Shown here piece by piece: positions 33,955 to 64,000 of a stretch of 64,000 nucleotides of DNA. Origin of the DNA: Gracilinanus agilis (Eukaryota); NCBI RefSeq assembly GCF_016433145.1, contig NC_058132.1:603445400-603509399 (forward strand). Reading direction: 5' to 3'. The notes under the pieces were generated by a model, which saw only the letters and a program-made list of their open reading frames with translations, did not search any database and was not told where the DNA came from. Position numbers and translations under genes: made by a program. Position 1 is the first letter of the stretch, and every line of letters starts with the position of its first letter.

Positions 33955-34180
33955 GGAGGTGGGGGGTCAGCTGGAAGCTCTGTGGATTGCGAGCTAGGCC
34001 TAGAGAGATGGGAGGTCCTAGGTTCAAATCTGGCCTCAGACACTTCCCAGCTGTGTGACCCTGGGCAAGTCACTTGACCCCCATTGCCTAGCCCTTACCA
34101 CTCTTCTGCCTTGGAGTCAGTATTGACTCCAAGAGAGAAGGTAAGGGTTTAAAAATAACTAACTAACTAAATAAATAAAT
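33955..34180 (+). mobile_element. MAR1/SINE1-like element with a perfect internal hairpin
   Basis: SINE body; CTTGGAGTCA-gtat-TGACTCCAAG at 34110-34133. Confidence 0.85.
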
Positions 34181-34588
34181 GTAGATCACAGAAGAATAAG
34201 TAATATTCCATTGTGTTTTAAGATAGTCACACTTATGGCAAAGTGGATTCCAGTGGTGTTTTCATCCATAACCATATCCATAAAATATATTACCATGTCA
34301 CTTTCATAAGAGGTTCACCCCTTAGGCGTATTTTTTATATGCTAGTGAAAATTTTCATGCAGCAAGAAATTTGTACATATTCAGGTACATATTCAGGGCT
34401 AAAGGAGGAGATCTGGACTCATCTCTAGTTTAGTTCTTAAAGCATAGGTTTGCAGATGGCAACCAAGAATTCTATTTATTAACAGCAAAGTTAAGATCCA
34501 CAAATAATAAATGATTGAAATTGTTTACAAAATTTCAAATATCCTAGGAAATCATCTTTAAAGTATTTATTAAATTTGTCAAAAATAA

Positions 34589-35584
34589 TGTTATTTTAAA
34601 ATTGGGGGTATTATATTCAATAATCTGGGAAGAGATGGATGCCATCTTGACTGACAGGGATGGCAGTTGAAAAACTCGGAATGTTCCCAGGTGCTGTGAG
34701 CCAGGGGCAAACATTGGTTGGCCTCACCATATAAATACCCCTCACAACCACTTTGAGGGAGGTCTCTGGACTAAAGTCTCTGGACTGAGAAGTTTCTTGG
34801 TCTCAGACGTCTCTGGACTCAGAGGCTGAGAACTGGAGATCACAGATTTCTGCCAACCTCTGTGGTTCAATCTGGGCAGTGGGTGACTAGAAGGGTGGTT
34901 TGAAGGGTGGTTGAAGGGTTGCTGGGTCATTTAAGAAGAAGAGGGTAGGAATAAACCTGAATCTAATTCTTGATGGACTGTGAGAAATAGTCAATCACCA
35001 ATACTGGTGATTAGAGAGCGGAGAGAATAAAGACCATCAATACATCTGCAGCAATAGCCTCTCTATTCTCTGGCTTGGCTGTGGCCAGGTTTGGCCAGAG
35101 GTAGAGGAGAGGTGAAATCTCCAGCACCCACCTGATCAATAGCCTCCAGTCCTTAGTGTTATTTAGTCTATAGATAATAGATCAATAGTTTCCAGTCCCC
35201 AATCCTTGACCTTGTTATCCTTTCCCTATTTATAGATAAAAGAGGGTTCAACAACAAGTACCTTTCTGAGTGGTCTGACTATCACAGCCCTTGGGAAGGG
35301 AGTCAAATGCAGTCAGATACTGAATGTTATCCAAGGCAGATCAATAGCCCAATACTGATTTATCCAACCCCAGATTGGACCTGAAAGGTCACCCATCTAT
35401 CTAACCTCTCGAGGGTCCTTACTTGGGCAGCTGTTAGAGAGAAGGGGATAACTTGCAGCAGCAGTCAGGGTAATAGGAGTAGGTGTTCCTCCAAGCAACT
35501 GCAGCTGAGGAAATCATAGATAGGTACACATCATCACCATCACTATATCTCTATATCTCTCTTGTACCCTATATTCTTATAACA
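34589..35584. mobile_element. LTR-like sequence (one or two abutting LTRs)
   Basis: TGTTAT...ATAACA termini, TATA-like atataaatacccc (about 34729), short internal repeats gtctctggact x3 and gaagggtggtt, and AATAAA motifs. No TSD was found. Confidence 0.45.
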
Positions 35585-35779
35585 GTGGTCTACTAAAGGA
35601 AGGACTCCCTTCATCAGCTGAACCAGAATTCAATGTATAAATATGACATGATAGATAAATCCAAGGGAGTTGCCTGAGAAGCATAGAACTTAAGTAACTT
35701 ACCTCTCTACTGCTTAACAAAAATGACAAAATGAGAGGTTTTCTGAAAATAAGAACTTTTTGGTCTTGACTCTGTAATT

Positions 35780-35896
35780 TAGTTTATTAGCCATCTTTTC
35801 CAGCTCTGTTTCATGTCATCTATGCCTTGGTCCAAGTCACTGACAAAAATTGTAATAAGTATAGGGCCAAGCATAGATCCCTGGAACACCCCACTC
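35780..35896 (-). mobile_element. CR1/L3 reverse-transcriptase remnant
   Basis: Peptide SGVFQGSMLGPILITIFVSDLDQGIDD resembles the CR1 RT motif SGVPQGSVLGP. Confidence 0.75.
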
Positions 35897-35912
35897 AAGA
35901 ACTCCTTGCAAG

Positions 35913-36302
35913 AGTAAAAGGAGCAAATCCAAAAGAACATTGTACACAGAGATTGATACACTGTAGTACAATTGAACATAATGGACTTCTCTACTAACAG
36001 CAATGCAAGAATTCAGAGCAAGGCTGAGGGACTTATGAGAAAGAAAACTAGCTACATTCAGAGGAAGAACTGTGGGAGTAGAAATACAGAAGAAAAACAA
36101 CTGCTTGAATACATGGGCTGATGGGGATATTATTGGGGATGTAGACACTAAACAATAACTCTAGTCCAGATATTAATAATATGGAATTAGGCCTTGATCA
36201 ATGATACACGTAAATCCCAGTGGAATTGTGCATTGGCTAAGTGGGGTAAGGGGGTTTGGGTGAGAGGGTTTTTTATTATTATTATTATTTTATAAATAAA
36301 AA
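35913..36302 (+). mobile_element. 5'-truncated L1 3'UTR with A tail and 16-bp TSD
   Basis: TSD aagaactccttgcaag (35897-35912 / 36303-36318). Confidence 0.85.
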
Positions 36303-36995
36303 AAGAACTCCTTGCAAGTTGATTGCTTAGCCATTTGACTAGTTTGGAAAACCAGCTACATATCTGATCTCATTTGCCCTCTGAACAAACTAATAACTGT
36401 CCTTATTACCAGAATGGTATCCCCATACAATTCTGTTGAAAAAACAAACTTCCAAATATATTTGATATGTACTTTATTATAAACAATTAGTAAGTAAATA
36501 CATCTACATTAAAACACACTAGAAGCAACAAAGAATTTATTCTCTTCCTTTTGCCATTGTAACTTTCATTGGGCAAAACTGAGTATCTTACTTTCCCATT
36601 TCCACAAGGGAAAACTAACATTCAGAGGTTAGTATTTGAAGAATGTGCCAAAGAGTTGAAATGGGCTGAAATACAAAACAAAGGAATAAAAGTACAAACA
36701 AGAAGTAATTAGAAGGAAATCTATTCAAATATATGTAACTGTGTGAGAATACCTGCAAAAGCAGACTGGGCACATGCCTTGCCAACAGTTCTTGGCAAAT
36801 CACTGAACAGGTCAGGCTCACACCTATTTGTAGGACTTGAGTCTGTGGAAGAGTACTTCTTTAGAATACAATATCAATAAAAGAGAAAATACAAACAATA
36901 GTACAACATGGGCTCAAGTCCAATGTTGCTTGGAGCTGGGAAAAGGTGTCTTCTCAGATGACATTTTTTTGATGGTGTCTTGAGTCATTAATTCC

Positions 36996-37001
36996 TTTAT
37001 T
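36996..37001 (-). terminator. Candidate poly(A) signal of C2orf80
   Basis: AATAAA 3 nt after the TGA; further AATAAA at 36536-36541 and 36473-36478. Confidence 0.5.
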
Positions 37002-37004
37002 GCC

Positions 37005-62271
<25,267 letters not shown>

Positions 62272-64000
62272 GAATAAAAATATCTGATTGAGGAGAAAGA
62301 TACTGCTTCTACTGTACCTGAAGCCTTTGGTTAGCTTGTTTCAACCCACTACCAGCAAACTGAAGAGAAATTGGACTCAGAGTTGCTACCACTCCAAAGA
62401 TCAGTCATGGAATCTTAGCCTTTTGGATATGGAAGGGATCTGAAAATATACAGAATCCATGATGGGTATGCATTGGTAGAGAGTATCTCTACCTAAACAC
62501 ACCAACCAGAAGGGATTTTAGGTACTAGTTATTTACGAAGATGACATCTTTTATTTACATGGCCTTTAGCTAGTTTGCACTGGCAGCAATAAAATTAAGG
62601 TACACAGGAGAGGAGCCAGTATCCCTTTGTAACTAGTAGGGTTTACCATTATTTAAACAGTTGGTGTCTTCTTCCCCTCTTCCCCAACAACCTTTTTGGA
62701 GCATGCTCAGTCATTATTTTTGATAAATTCCTCTGCTTGCTTTAGGCTATAAATGATTTATCACTGAATTGAGTTTATTTGATTGATGAGCTAGAACTTC
62801 TATTATATACTAAAAGGACAACCTGTTCTTTTTCTTTTCTAGCTATTAAATATGAAATCTGTACCATGGAGAATAAGGTAAGAGGATATTAGTGACTTTA
62901 TATCCCACCTGATCCCATACAGCAATGGAAACATATCCTAACCAGCCCTGTGCCTGGGATAGAGCTGCCTTTTTTTTCTTCCCTAACTACCTGATTAAAC
63001 AGCAAACCAGAGATGAATAAATCCAGGTGATTTTTTGAGTTTCAGAAAGAAAGAAAGCCCTTCTGTATCTGCCATAGGGTTGATTGTAGTTGCTATAGTA
63101 GCAAGTGTAGGTTGGTACCTAGGGGAAGAGTCTACATTGGAGAGAGAAGGCTAATCACAAAGATTGTGCCTGAATCACACTAAGCATTTGATCAGATTTG
63201 TTCTCAATAGAGATGAAATCCAAAATAGCCAATCAGGAGAACTGCCAAACTGTATTATGTTAATAAGATTTATTGCCAGACTCCCAGCAGATTGTGACAT
63301 ATCTATATAAACTGGTTTTCTGAAATCTGTTTAAATCATTCTGTTAATGCATACTGTGATTCTCTGTTGCTTATCATTACTTTCTGTATGGGAATAAAAT
63401 AGCCTATCCTGCACCAAATCTTTATAATTCTTTGGATACTTCTTTTACTACCCCTTCCTTTTTGGGGGAAACCTTGGGCTATAGCCAAAAATAGGACTGT
63501 CCCCAGAATAACTGGAGGGGATGTAGCAAGCCAAAGAGTATGACACATAGGGAGCCTTCTTCCCCTGCTAAGAAGTTTGGTTTCCCCAAAACTGTACTTT
63601 GGGTGAAACATGATGACAGATAAAGGATAAGAATGGATGTAGGTCACTAGTCCCTGTGATCTTGAACAAACAGTGCCTACTAGCTACAGTGATAGATTTT
63701 CTGCTTGTTTTCAGTCAGTCTCATGGTCTCCAAATGCTCGAGTTGATAAGCATTGGGGAAAACCCTACTTATGCCATTTTTGGGTATCCCATGAAAATGT
63801 TTGGGTACTACCCAAAAGGCATTTTGGCTGATCTTCCAAAGTTGTGTGAATTTTTCTGGGCCCTTTCAAAGTTAATTCAGGAGGAAAACACTTTGACCCT
63901 TAGGAGTACAGTAGTCTTGGATCCCTTGACACAATGAAGGATCTCTAGAGGATACTTGAAAGAAGATATAGTTATGAAGCATCAAAACAGATCTCGTGCA

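Noticed and set aside
28300-36900. A fourth (CRYGA-like) crystallin gene or remnant between gene 3 and C2orf80
   Set aside because: No FYEDR, GCW or YRGRQ-like exon or MGK exon was found by eye on either strand; a highly decayed remnant cannot be excluded without tblastn.

Overview
AT-rich mammalian genomic DNA. The dominant SINE and LINE families look marsupial (opossum-type SINE1/MAR1-like CORE-SINEs with CCCTTACC...GGTAAGGG tails), so Monodelphis or a close didelphid is the likely source (inference). All host genes are on the minus strand. There are three tandem gamma-crystallin (CRYG) genes with the canonical 9/243/273-276 nt coding exons. Gene 1 (1339-1687) has its exon 3 outside the window; gene 2 (9932-11731) encodes 175 aa; gene 3 (24805-28036) encodes 174 aa. 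Each has a TATA box and a TGC-N7-GCA Maf element. Upstream lies an intact 8-coding-exon C2orf80 ortholog (37005-62271, 206 aa), matching the eutherian CRYG-C2orf80 synteny. A decayed DYNLT3 processed pseudogene (33093-33418) sits between the cluster and C2orf80. The rest is L1, L2, CR1, SINEs, LTRs, three hAT MITEs with 8-bp TSDs and a 7SL retrocopy. The most notable observations are: a 20-nt out-of-frame tandem duplication that appears to have given C2orf80 a new C-terminus; CRYG paralogs whose order and identity do not map onto eutherian A-F; distal promoter blocks conserved across paralogs, with loss of the SOX-type site in gene 1; a ZNF143/CCAAT promoter-like island and a MAF/SOX enhancer candidate between the crystallin genes; and two tail-less internal L1 insertions. 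No wholly new biological system can be demonstrated from sequence alone. Comparisons with human, mouse and bovine proteins are from memory and need confirming by alignment.
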